DNA from: Chiloscyllium plagiosum | Lineage: Eukaryota | Direction: 5' to 3' | Assembly: GCF_004010195.1 (NCBI RefSeq) | Contig: NC_057720.1 | Span: 21,549,882-21,604,283 of the forward strand | DNA: 54,402 nucleotides | In this document: positions 1 through 14,499 of the stretch, in pieces | Position numbering within the stretch: the stretch's first letter is position 1 | Layout: every line of letters starts with the position of its first letter | The notes under the pieces: generated by a model | Database searches by the model: none | What the model saw: the letters and a program-made list of their open reading frames with translations, nothing else | What the model was told of the DNA's origin: nothing | Made by a program: the position numbers and the translations under genes

Positions 1-1100
1 GTTTCTCTACTATTCTCTGCCTTTGTCAGTGTTCCAAAGGGACCATTTCTCCAGGACATTCTGGTCTGCTCATCCTCCATTCTCAATACATTCCTACACT
101 CCCATGCATGGTGTAACACTGGTCCATTTGCCTCCTTTCTCCTCACTATCCAAGGTCCCAGACACACCTTCCAGGTGAAGGAGTGATTTACATGCACTTC
201 ACTCAATCTAATCTACTGTATTCATTATTCACCATGTGGGCTCGTCTACACAGGGGACACAAAATGCAGACTGGGTGAATGCTTTGCAGAATGCCTACAT
301 TCTGTCTGTAGGTTCCCTGGTTGCCTGCCACTTCAACACACCACCATAGTCCCGCACCAACACTTCAGTCATGCTTGCTGCAGTACTGCCTCAGTGCAAG
401 CTCGAAGAACAGCATCTCAGTTTCCATTTGGACACCCTGCAGTCTCTAGTACTCAGCACTGAGTTCAATAACTTTAGAGCCTGATTCCATCCTGTCATGT
501 TTTTTACATACTGCCACACCCTGGCCCTGTCATGATATGGATTCAGCAAAGGCAACCCATTCCCACCCACTCATAGTCCTATTATCACATTACATAGGTT
601 ATTTACACCACAGATCATCCATTTTCTCCTATTCTCAGCCCTTAGTATCATTTATTCAGCTTTTCATCTGTCCTTTTATCAATAATCCCTCATTTGCCTG
701 CCTCCCCCTTTCATTGCTCTGTCTGTCTGTCTCTCTCTCTGGGCTCTACCTCCATCTGATTCCTGAAGAAGGGCTTATGCCCGAAACGTCGATTCTCCTG
801 TTCCCTGGATGCTGCCTGACCTGCTGCGCTGTTCCAGCAACACATTTTCAGCTCTGATCTCCAGCATCTGCAGACCTCACTTTCTCCTCTACCTCCATCT
901 AACTGTTTACCTTTCCCTCACACCCCAAACCTCATCTTCACCATAAATGCCTTTTTTTCTGAGCTGCTATTGGTTCTGAGGAAGAGTCACCATGGACTCA
1001 AAATGTTAACTCTGCTTTCTCCCACTAATGCTCCCAGACCTGCTAAGTTTCACTAGCAATCTCTGTTTTCATTTCAGATAGCATCAGCAGATTGTTGTTT
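1..1100 (+). mobile_element. Decayed Penelope-like element, 3' part (GIY-YIG endonuclease remnant plus pseudo-LTR)
   Basis: From about 146 it translates IQGPRHTFQVKE*FTCTSLNLIYCIH..CGLVYTGDTKCRLGECFAE..VACHFN..LEEQHL..EFNNFR, a PLE GIY-YIG pattern with stops. A pyrimidine-rich tract and a degenerate pLTR follow at about 975-1100. Confidence 0.85.
758..889 (+). mobile_element. Short Penelope pLTR-derived insertion with minimal hammerhead ribozyme core
   Basis: CTGAAGA-AGGGC-TTAT-GCCC-GAAAC-GTC core. Flanked by duplicated CTCTACCTCCATCT (744-757 and 887-900). Confidence 0.8.
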
Positions 1101-2076
1101 TATTTCCCTAAAATGCCCTTACTTACTGAGTTTCTAGAGCATTCTGAGATCATGAATGTGCAAACAATTCAGATAATCTCCCCAAATTTTATTCATGTAC
1201 ACAATTTATGAACTGGAAGATTGAACATTGTTAGATTGTGACCCATTCAAACTGGATACAACAGTGTTTTTTTTATTCTCTTGTGGGTAGTGGACATCAC
1301 TGGCCAGCATTTATTGCCAATTCCTCGTTGCTCTTGAAAAGGTGATGGTGAGTTGCCTTCATGAAATGCTGAACTCCAAGTACCACAAGACTCATTGAGT
1401 TACTATGTGACTTCTTTCTGTGACATATTCATTGTGTTGTTTCTCAGTGTTTTTTACTCTGTTCGTAGAGTCATAGCACCATGCAGCATGGAAGAGACCC
1501 TCCAGTCCAACCAATCCATGCCGAACATAATCCCAATCCACATTAGCCCAACCTGCCTGCACCTGGTCCATATCCCTCCAAACCTTTCGCACTCATGTAT
1601 CTTTCATTCTCTGTTTGGAACCTCTCTCTCAACATTGTGAACAGTTCGCTACTCCCTTGGTGTGTATGTCTGTGTTCTACATCAATGCATTAATTGAAAA
1701 GAAAACACTTTACTGCAAGTCATTTGAAATAGAGTTTAAGATACATAGTTGCAGCATCAGGTGAAATCATCAGGAATAAGCAACTGCAGTTTTACATCGA
1801 ATCACATTTTTGAATTGAGCACGTCATGTCTTGAGCATTGTTAAATTATAGAATTTCAGTTAAGCCACATGCTTACGCAACTGAAGATTGTAATCACTAC
1901 CTTTCTCATCTACTTTGGATTGCTTTGTGAAAGGAGTTATATGCCTCTTGTACAGTGGAGGAATTATTGTTCCAATTGAAAAGGGTTTTTGTGACAACTT
2001 ATCTCCTGGATATTACGATTGTTTCCATGGGCTTCTGCACAGTATTTAAGGCCATGCAAACTGCAATCTTATTGAA

Positions 2077-2215
2077 TAGAAGCAAAATATTGCAGATGCT
2101 AAAGATCAGAAATAAAAATAGAAAGTGGTGGAGGAATTTAGCAGGTCTGGGAGTATCTTTGGAGAGGGAAATAGAGTTAATATTTTGAGTCCAATATGAC
2201 TTTTATTTTGAACTC
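2077..2215 (-). repeat. Old Penelope pLTR-type fragment
   Basis: Reverse complement resembles the pLTR at 975-1100 and 6135-6260 (GCAGATGCT..AGCAGGTCTGG..AGAGTTAA..TTTTGAGTC). Confidence 0.55.
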
Positions 2216-5200
2216 AAACTTATCCAAGTTACTAGGTTTGAACCCTAGTGAAGGAACAAAGATTTATTCATACAGTTTGATTGTACCTTGTTAGGGAGAC
2301 TACAAATCCCATTGTTGTTTGCTGGGACTAATCACTGGGAATTAATAGAGATACACATAAGGCTAATCCTTCTGTTCATTATTTCAAGACTAGCTGCTTA
2401 CTGTTATACAGTGTGGTAACATCCAAAAAGCACAACAGCTTTTTGTATTCAGTTAACTCAGATAAGTGCTTAAACCTACGTTATTTTTTCTTTTATTTGG
2501 ATTATCCCACACTGATGGGATTCAAATTAGAAACCATTTTCACTTTGCATTCAATTCAATGGCATAATTGATTTGTAATTGAGATTACATTTTTAAATTA
2601 AGAGAATATGTACTATTTACAGAGTTTAGGATATCCTTGAATTTGAATTCTATCATGTGTAAGGACATTAATATTAAAATGTAGCATTTTACAGAAATAA
2701 TTTCTGGGAAGAAATTGTAAACAGTTGCAAGCTGGCTCAATTTGGGAAAAATAAAACTGATTTTCTGTATTTTCTGTTGAAAGGTCTGGATAGTCTGTAG
2801 CCTGGTTTATAACTCCAACATGACCATTAATATGTAATCAGAACTCTTTAACAGTGTGCTTGTTTTCTGTCTCTGTGCTACTTCCTAACAAATTGATTAC
2901 AAATTTTATCAATTTATTATTTCGCAGTATTGTAGGTGTTGCTTTAATTATAAATAGCATAATTATTGTTCCATTGTGGCCATGCAAGATAAAAATCAGT
3001 ATAAGACCATTCATTTTTATACAGAACCTTGTTAAAGCAGTTCTGCAGGAGGTAAGATTGATTCCTGGTTATGACGTTCTGATCGCTACGGCAAGACAAA
3101 GAAACCAATTGTAGCTGTCACATTTTGTTCAATTTTATTTATACATGGAAGGTTTTTCAAAGTAACTTCAGGAAAATAACAGTTAATGCTGCTTTACTTA
3201 TTTGAATCAAATGGTATTTGCTGATATGGTATAATCAAACCTTTTTAGATTGAGGTTGCATAACTGCACCTCACTTTTTATTTTGTTGTCTGGCCCTTCA
3301 GTTCTTTACAGCTGCCTGGCAACATGAAAAGCATTTTGCCACTTCCCTCTGGACCTGCTCTTAGGAGCTTTAGCTAAAAGCTGCTCTAAATGCCTTCTCT
3401 GCTCTAAGTAGCTTTCCTTTCTGCTTCAGATAAAATAAACACATGGTTTTAAAGGTCTTGGTAAATAAGAACAATGAACTTTCGATGTTGTAAATACTGA
3501 GAGATGCCTGCATAAAGTGATGTGACCATTAAAATGTAGACTAATAACTTGCAACATTAAGTATTATGATCATTTGAGCTGTGAGATTTTGCATCATTTA
3601 ATATATGGTGGCTTTGGTTCAAAATTAATCTGAATTATATTCTTCAGGTGTTAGCAAATATGTAATTATATCTAAGTATCACTCAGTTACCTCTTACAAA
3701 CTGAGGTTTTTATAGTGTGCAAGAACAATTAGTAATAACACACTTTTATACCTAGGTGTTATTGATCAGCTTAATTAACAACCATCGGTAAATGATGTTA
3801 CACATTCCATATTGTCCTGTCAACCCTGAAGTACAATGGACATCTTTAACTTTTAATTCCAAAATTCATTTATTGCTATCTGATAAAGTCCTCTGTTGGA
3901 CCCATGGAATGTCACACCAGTATGGAGTCAGGGAAACTTCAAGCAGGAGAGATATAACTGGAAGACATGATCAGGAGACTGACAATCTCCCTCCCACCAC
4001 CTCTCCCACCCACTTGCCCATTCCCTAATCCCCTCGCAGCAGAAAGTTCCCTCTTGTAAATATTTTTATGTTTAGATGTTCTAAAATTATCAAAAAAGGG
4101 GATAAAAATCTACTGTTGCTCTGATCTATATGTGTTAATGGAAGAAGGTGTGTTGGTGTACTGAGGTTTGTGCGTACTAACTTGGGCTGAGTGTAAGTGT
4201 GCTTTGAAGGTCACAGTAAAAAGAAACACCCATTAGTCAGCCTTGCACTGCAGGTAAAAGTTTTCTCTTGCTCAGAATGTGCGAAGCTAGCTGACAAACA
4301 AACTTATTAAAAAGGAACAAGACAACATGAGGACCCTTTCACTTTGAGTGCTGCCAGGCAATCACTGTCAAAAGGAAAGAATTGAAAAGGTTTTCAAGTA
4401 ACCTGCAAAAGCCAAGAATCCCTCAACCAACAGTAAATTGTTCCACTATCTACTGTTCATGAACAAGATAGACAGACTGACCTGTAATTGTTTTAAAAAT
4501 TTGAGCTTTTTTGGACTCACACATAAATATAAATATTGTACTATTACTTATTTTCACATTTAGTAAACTCACTGTTCTAAAAATTCAAGGAAGCCTTGTT
4601 AAATTGGCTGCTTTTCAAATATAAGTTCATTTAATCTAGGAGAAAGACATCTTACAAGGAAGGAGTCCTTTTTGAACTAATCTTGATATAACCAATTGGG
4701 TTAATCACAAAGGGGAGCCACGTCATCTGCCCTCATGCAGGAATTTCATGATTTAAGGTATCTGTCTGGAGCCATAATGATTGGCTATCTCCCAAAAGAC
4801 CAGCTTCCCTGGCATTGTGTCATCTCTGAAAAGCTCCTCTCAGACAAGAACTGGCATTCTGATGCTGCCCTGCTTATGACAAACAGTCAGTCTGAGGATG
4901 TTGGAGAATGGGAAGAGGGCAGATGGGTGGAGCCATTCTCTGACAGTAACCTCGGAGATCCTAGTGGATGTAATGGTATAGAGGAGGGCCATCCCATTCC
5001 CAGAAGATCAACAAGGTAAGCCATGCCACCAGAGCCTGGCATTCTGCACTGTCTATTAATGCCTACGTTTCCCTGAATGTTAATAGTTTTTCACTAGGTC
5101 CTGCTGGTTGAGTGTCTGTTTAGCAGTGCAAGCATAATGCCTCACAGCATGTCAATACAGAATGCACTGTGGAGCAGTGTCTGTGTTGAGAGCTTACTAA

Positions 5201-5869
5201 AGCATGTGGAAGCAAGATGAACAAGGCTTATATAGGGCAGTGGGTTCTGTTAGCACGATTGCTCCTCTTGCTCAAAAATCCCAATTCTTTCCTTGGCTTT
5301 TGTGTATGAAAGTGTCAGTTTTGAACAATGTTCAACACTGTCAGAGGCTGGGAGGTGTCCAGCACACAGAGAAACAATGCATTAGGGATTGAGAGCATGC
5401 TGGTCCATGTCTTGTACAGGGCATGGGTCTGTATGTGATGTTGTTGCATTCTAAAGGGCCTCTCAACTGTGGGTCTTGGAGCCCCCTTTCTTACAGTTCA
5501 GGGCTTACAACTCTGTGTGCAGCCTCAGCCATATTCTTTCCCATTGCACTGTTTCAGTTTCCAGTACCACAGAAAGTGACAGTGAACACTTTGGTTTCCA
5601 GCCTCAGCTCCCAATCATCCAGAGACCTTTCTTGATAGCTTTCCCTGTGAACCCAGACAACTCCTCAGGTTCCTACCTGAATCCATCTGTATGAGCCTGT
5701 ATCTGCACATCTTTACCCACAGTCCCTGGCATATAAGGTGACCATGCCTGTGGAGGTCCCCTCCCTGAAGCCAGCATGCTCCTGACCATGGATGAGCTCC
5801 ACTCCTGCATTACCACATTCCCATCCATGCTTTACCATTTATCCCCTTATAGGTACAGTTACTCCATTC

Positions 5870-6260
5870 ACAATTTTCTTCCCCCTCCTTTGCCCCAGCA
5901 TGCAAACACAATCCCCATGAACAGGTTCCTGAGTTTTCTTTGTTCCCCATCCCTCTTCCCTCTTAGTTTTTTTTCTGGACTGCTCCTTCAGAACACCATG
6001 GACCATAACCCACTCCTTTGAGCAATCTAACTGGTCCACCGTGAATGGGACAATCCCATACTCCTGCCTTATGCCACGATCTCATCTCCATGACTATGTT
6101 AATCTGACCCTTGGATTTTCTTCACAATCTTCTTCTGAAGAAGAATCATACTAAACTCAAAACATTAACTTAGTTTCTCTCTCCATCAGTGCCATTAGAC
6201 ATGTTGAGTTTCTCAACACTTTATGTTTTTATTTTGGAATATCAACTTCTGCAGTATTTC
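5870..6260 (+). repeat. Old Penelope-like fragment ending in a degenerate pLTR
   Basis: CTGAAGAAGAATCATACTAAACTCAAAACATTAAC..CTGCAGTATT matches the same old pLTR family. Confidence 0.5.
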
Positions 6261-9200
6261 AATTTTAATTTGCATATGTAATTAAGCTATTTTGCTTTGT
6301 CTGAGGGGTGATTTATTTCCACAGTGGAGGTTTTGGATTCTATGAATATACATTTGCAAGCAGCTTATTGTCATAGTCTTAAATTGAAATAATGATACAA
6401 TGTTCTTCCAGCTTTGATTTTCCCCTGCCATTTTTTGGAAAGGATTATGCAGAGTAAATGGATAATAGATGAGGAAAATTAAAGCTCTATGTATTGAAGC
6501 AATTTAATGCTCCTTGAATTCATTTTTCTCTCAATAAAGGGTTTCAACTGCCCTGAAATGCCAAGCAATATAACCAAGCCGACACTAATGTGCACACCTC
6601 TAGTTCCATTCAACAGAAGTGTGTAGCAACATTGGAAAATTTGTAATGCTCAGTGGATGAAGCTGATGTAGTCAATACGCAAGTAATGATGGATATCAAT
6701 GCGGGAAGGTGATATATTGCCATAGAAAATGCTTTCCTGGATTGAAAACAGAGCACATTACATTACAATGTATCACTGCCACAGAGTTCCACATCAAACA
6801 CAGTTTTTGATGCAGTTTGTGTTATTAATTGGTGATCATTCACCTTATGCTGCATTGCTAGATATTTGGAATGTCATCCAAGCTGCACGTGGCCAGTTGG
6901 ACTGATCCCTGGAAACTATTTGAAGAGGACCAGAGGAAAACATTGGTGCCCTGGGTTGGTTCGTCCTTGAAGAGATCCATTAGGACACGTGACAGTGATG
7001 GACTGGAAAAGTCTTGCTCTGTCCAGCTGGTCTCACATTGCCTTGGTCTATATTATGAAGTGATCTGTGTCCAGCCAGAAACGGAGCCTCTGTTGAAGAA
7101 AAGAAAAGATTCGATATTCACCATACCAACAGGCAACATGTTCTTTGGTCATGTTATTATCTGAAATGGGAAGAATACCTAACATCCAGCCTGCTTCTGC
7201 TCAAATATTACGAGCAAGTACGATGCCCTGATCCCTATCTCCCCCCTAACCTATTCAGTTGAAATAATTGGTCTACATGCACACAAATAATTGACTCAAA
7301 TATTCACTCTGTCAACGTAAGAACTGTCTTACCCACCCCTAAGCATGCCATTAATTGCATTCAACTGCAATATTTCAGACTCTGGGCTTATTTAAGTCAA
7401 TTATTGGTTTAATTGGTGCATCTCTGAACCGAGGACATAAATTAGCATGCATTTCCGTGAAGGCATAACTGTTTCATAGGCTATAACTGAAGTAAGTGGC
7501 AATGATTTGTTGGAATGTTGATGACGAGTCAGCTCTCTTGCTTAGCTGGGAGCACAGAAGATGTTTAAATTCACCTGGCCATACAGTGTGAATCAATCCT
7601 CAGCCCTTGTGTGTCAAAGTCACTAACTATTGAATATAGGGCATATTCTATGCAATGATATGTCAATACCTAGCATTATACTATGGATTAATTAAATTTT
7701 GCTACATAGATTCAAAATTCCATGGAGGATTTTGCTGATCTCCCACCATAACATTATCAAGATTGAAAAGAGAAAAAAAACTTGCATTTATATAGCCCCT
7801 TTTGCAATTATTGATCTGACAATAAAACAAACCAGCTACAAAGACTGTTGGCTTAATAGAAATCAAGGGCAAAGTCTGCATTAATCAGCTGTAGCTACTT
7901 CAGACACTTTATAGCTGAATCCAGCCCTTTTGAAGTATGGTCACCGTTCCCAGATGAGGCAACAATTCAACCAAGGAATGCAGGAGGGCTTTATCGATCA
8001 GCAAGTGCCAAATAAATGATGCTAAGTGTGGACTTTAAAAGTCTATCAAGGAAGGGATAGATTGGCAATTGTAATGATATTTAAGTAGAGCTTTAACTGA
8101 CATCAAATACCTTTGGAAAAATACTTCCTAGATTAAGGTAAGTGTAAAGTCAAAACTTGTTGGTTCAATATTGATGAACACCTTTAGGAAGTTCATTGAA
8201 AATACTGAAACAATATAATCCCTCTGGAAAGACCATTCCAGCAAAGTATTCTGGAGTAACTGTTCACAAAAATCATAACACTTACAACTGCCAGTTAAAA
8301 TTCTGCTGGTTGCATCGACCTACAGCTGACATCATGAGTCGATTAAAACTTGTCACAGGCCCCTAAGTCACCTTAAATGTAAAAGTGTTAAGAACATAGT
8401 CGGCCAGAAGCAACTGAGAAATGAGGAACAGAGTTGACATTTTAGGCTGTTGTCTTTTCTCATCACAGTTAATGCTGCCCGGATTGCTGGGTACACGTAG
8501 TATTTTCTATTTCTCATTTCAGATTTTCAGCTAATATGTTATTTTACTTTCACCTTAGGCATTAGCATGCAGCCAAGTAATCCATTCTGAGCTGATATCT
8601 GGTGTTCAGAGTTGGACCAGGAGGTCTGTGTTCAAGTCCTACCTGCTCCAGAGATATATCATAGCAAGTCTGAACAGTTTGGTTAAAAATATACATATAG
8701 TCTTCAGATTTGGTAGTGACTCATCCTTCATCTTCATCTTGCACACCTGTTGAAAGATGGCCACTGCCATACAAAGATTCCTCCCATAGTAGACATTCCA
8801 AATCAAAAGATGTTTAAAATGCTCCAAACGGAAGAATTATTTTACCTACCTTCAGCTCTCTCTTGATTGAACACATATGCAAATGTGACATTTCAGATAC
8901 TGGGCTTATTTGAATCAATTATTGGTTTTAATTTGTGATTTGCTATGTTTCCATTATATGCTTAATGCCCGCAGTCTATTCACAGTTCTAAGTGGGATAC
9001 TAATATGCAATGCTACAGATATGCTGCTGCCTCATTTAGTTGGGATGCCAAAATTAGATAGGGAGTCTCCAGGAGGCAGGCAGAGCAACCTCTTGGCAGC
9101 CAACCAATAGCTGTCACTAATGGGAAGCTTGGAAACAAGCAGACTCCCTTGTGTTTGTCTCTAGGAAATGTGTGATCTGGAAAAGACAAGTATAAGGAGT

Positions 9201-10489
9201 TAGCTTGGAGCAAGAGAAAGGAAGATAAATTGACCAAATTATAATAATACAGAATAATCTTGATGCCCCTCCTACATAAAATATTTTGACTGGTATCATT
9301 GCATTATGGCCTCATTTAACATTTGACACACTGCACATAGCAAATAGAGTGAACAAATTGAACTTTTGAATATGCTGTTTAGTCTGTACTGACTCAAGAT
9401 CATTGACCTGACAGTGAAATAAAACCATTACAATGACTGCTGGCTCAGGAGAAATCAATGGGTAAAGTCTGCACTAGTCAATTATAACTATGCCGTACTG
9501 TATTTGGAAATTAAAATGCTGTGCCTGCTCTTTGCACATTGCTGGGTTGTTGCTTGCTTTTGCCAACTAAACAGCTTCTGTGTGTTTTGTTGTTTTGGAC
9601 ATGATGCCATGTTCTGGTTTCAAACTGCTCCTGCTCCAGTTCATTTTGGTGCCAAAGACCAAACAATCTTGTTTTCTTTTCAATACTATTAGTATATTGG
9701 ATCAACCATTAAACTTAATACATAGAGAAGCCATGCAAAGAGATTGCCTTCGCTATGCATTCTGCAGCAGTATTTATATTAGTGAGTCTGCTGCAGAGTA
9801 TTCATTGTTTTATGGGTACATATGAGTACTTATGTATACATTTAGGCCAGAGACCAACAAGCTTTGCATATTTTGCCATCCATTAATTTTAATCAACTTT
9901 AAAGGACAGAGGTTTGTATGGGGTGTTATAACTTTTGTGCTGAAATTCCAAAAATGCATTCCATTTATTTGAAGTTTGGGGCTTTAAGCTCTCAATTATA
10001 AATTCTGTTCTACATAGTTCTAGAGCTGCAGTGGTGAATGAGAAAATTAACTTGTTTCAAATGAAGGCAAGAAAGCTGAGATTGGGCATTAATGTAAAAT
10101 GTGAAAAGGCCAATGAGCCTATCAATTTCATTTTTGCTACCATTTCCTCTACTATGGAATCTACTCAAATGACTTAATTTCATAAGGCAGTGACCAGTCA
10201 GAAATACAATGATAAAATTACAACATCTTACCCAGACCCTCCAAGGTAATCAAGCAAAAACTCCAGGATATAAATCTGATCTTGGCTTATCCAGTTGATA
10301 TATCTTCAGAAGGCACTCATGACATTCATATATGAGGGTGCCCTTCCCTGACTCCTTCCAAACCTAAATTAATCTAATACTGCTTTGTGGCTTGAGTAAT
10401 CACTCTCTCAGTGCATCCTGTCTATTCATCACTCCCTTCCTTGTCAGGCTCTCTGTCCCGTAGTGCATTTACTTCAAAGTTCTCAATCT

Positions 10490-11500
10490 CACAGAATCAC
10501 AGAATTGTTACAGTGCAGAAAGGAGTCTATTCAGCCCTTCATGTCTGCACCTGCTCTCCCAATGAGCATTGTGATTTTGTCCAATTTTCTCACCCTGTAC
10601 CTAAAAATCTGCACATTCTTTTTATCCAAATAACCTTCTAATGCCCTCATGAATGCTATATTTGAACCTGTACCTACTGCACTTCCAAGTAGTGAATTCC
10701 AGACCAAAACATCTCAGTGTCTGAAAAGTGTTTTTCTTCTAAAATCGCATTTACTTCCTTTGCAAATCATTTTAAATCTGTGCCCTCTCATTTTTGATCA
10801 TTTCACAGATTGGAACAATTTCTCCCTGTCTATCCAGAACTCTCATGATTTTGGAAACTACTGTCAATTCCCTCTCCGAGGGAAACCGGTTTCAACCTCT
10901 TCAATCTATTTTCATAACTGAAGTTTTTCATCCCTGCCACCATTTTTGTCAACCTCTTCTGCACTCTCCAATGTGTTCATGTCCTTCATAAAGTGTGACA
11001 CTCAGAATTGTACTCGATTCTGCAACTGAAGGCTGAAGATACTATTATTTTATTCAGGTTCATTATAACTTTCCTGTTCTTGGACTGTGTACCATTATTA
11101 ACAAAGCCTATATGCTATATACTGTATTAATTGTGCTCTCCCCCTGTCCTGCCATCATTAATGCACATATACATCTCTGTTCTTGCATACCATTAAGAGT
11201 ATACAACTCATTTTGTACTGTCTCTACATGTTCTCAGATTATGTTGCACTAAACTTCACCTGCCCCCAATCCATCCACTTCACCAACTTGTTCGTGTCCT
11301 TTTAAAGTTCCACACCTGTTCTCTGTTTGGACTGCTTCAAAGTTTTGTATCATCTACAAGTTTTGAAATTGTCCCCTGCAGTTCAAGATTTAGATCATTA
11401 ATATACATCAGGAAAAGCAAGGATCCTGAAAACACTACTAAAAACACTCCTCCAGCTTAAAAAATATCCATTTACCATTACTCTGTGCTTCCTATCACTC
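10490..11500 (-). mobile_element. Old CR1-clade LINE 3' fragment
   Basis: Starts with a reversed (ACAGAATC)n tail, followed by degenerate similarity to the reverse complement of the RT C-terminal region of the younger CR1 copies in this window. Confidence 0.6.
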
Positions 11501-12439
11501 ACTTTGTTTTCAACTTCAGCACCATCCTCCCCCACTCCCTCCACTCTCCCCCATCTCTCTCTACTTTACAGCTGTGTACTTGTAAACTGCAACAGCTCCA
11601 CCTCCAATTTTTTGAGAATTGCAATTCTTCCCTCTCTCTGTCTGTTATACGTTGGAGACTGTACTTTCAGTCAATAACCCTCTACTTTTGAAAACACTCC
11701 CAAAATCATCTTGCCTTGCTATCTTTATTTTTCAGAAAATTCCTCCTCTGTTGATTCAACACAACACCCATAAACTTTCCCACCTGCTGTTCAAAGTCTT
11801 GCTCTCTTTATTGTAAAGCACATTTGAGATGTCTCCCCTATGTGTGATATTTTGTATTTAAAAATTCTTTTGTGCAATGTATGGTTGACAAATGAATTGT
11901 TGAAAAATTGGATTGACATTGAAAACAGTTCAATGATTACAGTGTAAAAGGAGACAGACTGTGACTGTTAGCAATGTGCCAGCATTTATGGTTTGCTCCC
12001 TGTTGTGTTTGCTATTCACTCAAGTTATAGAGGTTGAAGTTTATGATTTCTTGATCAAATCTAAATGTGGAGCCAAGAGCTAAAAATGAAGGTAGAATGA
12101 TGAGAATCAAACCAATCCAGAACAAACTGATGAATTGGTTTGTGTCCCAACATGGCAGATGGTGAAATTTTAATTCAATAAAATCCTGGAATTAAAAAGT
12201 TCCTCTAATGGTGAGGCATGAAACTATTGTTGATTATCATAAAAGCCCATTTGGTTCACTAAAGTTATTTAGGGAATTAAATCTGTTATCCCTACCTGGT
12301 CAGGCCTGCATGTAACTTCAGATGCACAGCAACACGGTTAACTCTTAACTGCCCTTTGAAATGGTTTGGTAAACCACTCAGTTATATCCAAACTGCCACA
12401 AAGACTGAAGCAAGTGAGGAAGGTGAAAGGATCATCTGA

Positions 12440-14058
12440 TGCTGACAGGGATGCCTGAAGTTTGTGGAGCCGCAGAAAATGAGGGAGATACTAAATGAGT
12501 ATTTTGCATCAGTATTTACTGTGGAAAAGGATGTAGAAGATATAGACTGTAGGGAATTAGATGGTGACATCTTGCAAAATGTCCAGATTACAGAGGAGGA
12601 AGTGCTGGATGTTTTGAAATGGGTAAAGGTGGATAAATCCCCACAACTTGATCAGGTGTACCCTAGAACTCTGTGGAAAGCTAGAGAAATGATTGCTGGG
12701 CCTCTTGCTGAGATATTTGTATCATTGATAGTCACAGGTGAGGTGCCAGAAGACTGGAGGGCTGTGACCAGTGGAGTGCCACAAGGATCGATGCTGGATC
12801 CCCTACTTTTTGTCATTTACACAAATGATTTGGATGTGAGCATAAGAGGTACAGTTAGTAAATTTGCAGATGACACCAGAATTGGAGGTTGGCTAACGTG
12901 GTGCCACTGTTTAAGAAAGGTGGTAAGGACAAGCCAGGGAACTACAGACCAGTGAGCCTGACGTCGGTGGTGGGCAAGTTGTTGGAGGGAATCCTGAGGG
13001 ACAGGATGTACGTGTATTTGGAAAGGCAAGGACTGATTCGGGATAGTCAACATGGCTTTGTGCATGGGAAATCATGTCTCACAAACTTGATTGAGCTTTT
13101 TGAGGATGTAACAAAGTGGATTGATGAGGGCAGAGCAGTAGATGTGATCTATATGGGCTTCAGTAAGGCGTTCAACAAGGTTCCCCATGGGAGACTGATT
13201 AGCAAGGTTAGATCTCACAGAATGAAGAGAGAACTAGCCATTTGGATACAGAACTGGCTCAAAGGTAGAAGACAGAGGGTGGTAGTGGAGGATTGTTTTT
13301 AAGACTGGAGGCCTGTGACCAGTGGAGTATCACAAGGATCAGTGCTTGCTCCTCTACCTTTTGTCATTTACATAAATGATTTGGATGCGAGCATAAGAGG
13401 TACAGTTAGTAAGTTTGCAGATGACACCAAAATTGGAGGTGTAGTGGACAGCGAAGAGGGTTACCTCAGGTTATAACAGGATCTTGACCAGATGGGCCAA
13501 TGGGCTGAGAAGTGGCGGATGGAGTTTAATTCAGATAAATGGGAGGTGCTGCATTTGGGAAAGCAAATCTTAGCAGGATTTATACACTTAATGGTAAGGT
13601 CCTAGGGAGTGTTGCTGAACAAAGAGACCTTGGAGTGCAGGTTCATAGCTCCTTGAAAGTGGAGTCGCAGGTAGATAGGATAGTAAAGAAGGTGTTTGCT
13701 ATGCTNNNNNNNNNNNNNNNNNNNNNNNNNNNNNNNNNNNNNNNNNNNNNNNNNNNNNNNNNNNNNNNNNNNNNNNNNNNNNNNNNNNNNNNNNNNNNNN
13801 NNNAAAGATATAAAAGAGACCTACGGGGCAACTTTTTCACACAGAGGGTGGTACGTAGAATGAGCTGCCAGAGGAAATGGTGGAGGCTGGTACAATTGCA
13901 ACATTTAAGAGGCATTTAGATGGGTATATGAATAGGAAGGGTTTGGAGGGATATAGGCCAGGTGCTGGCAGGTGGGACTAGATTGGGTTGGGATATCTGG
14001 TCGGCATGGATGGGTTGGACCGAAGTATTTCTTTCCATGTTGTACATCTCTATGACTC
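12440..14058 (+). mobile_element. 5'-truncated CR1/HER1 LINE (ORF2 RT pseudogene) with internal templated duplication; spans an N gap
   Basis: ORFs give LNEYFASVFT, DKSP, GNYRPVSLTSVVGKLLE, SQHGF..KSCLTNL, GVPQGS, KFADDT, GNFFTQRVV. 3' tail CTCTATGACTC. Confidence 0.93.
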
Positions 14059-14499
14059 AAAGTAAGTGCCGAATTAAGCCATGTCTGCTGCGCACATCTC
14101 CAGGGGCTTACATTCCTTGAATTACTTTCTCTTCTACGTGCACCTCGGAGGTCAGTGCATGGCAGTAACTTCACAAACCAATGCTGGCAACAACAATCAC
14201 ATGGCGATTGATGTGCACAGATCCTTGGAGTGGTCACACAGCCTAGAGTGAATGGGGAAGGGTTGGTTAATTTTGTTAGCTGAATGGCTACTTTGCAATT
14301 CAGAGTGATACCAGCTGTGTGGATTCAATTCCTACAATCAGCTCAGATGACTGTGAAGGATTGTCCTATTCAACCTTTCCTCTCACCTAAGGTATCATGA
14401 CTCTCAGGTTAAACCACCACCAGTCATCTGGTTCTCACTCTGCAATGAGAGAGCCATCATAAGGCCTCGTAGGACTATGGCGACTTTACCCTTTCCTTT

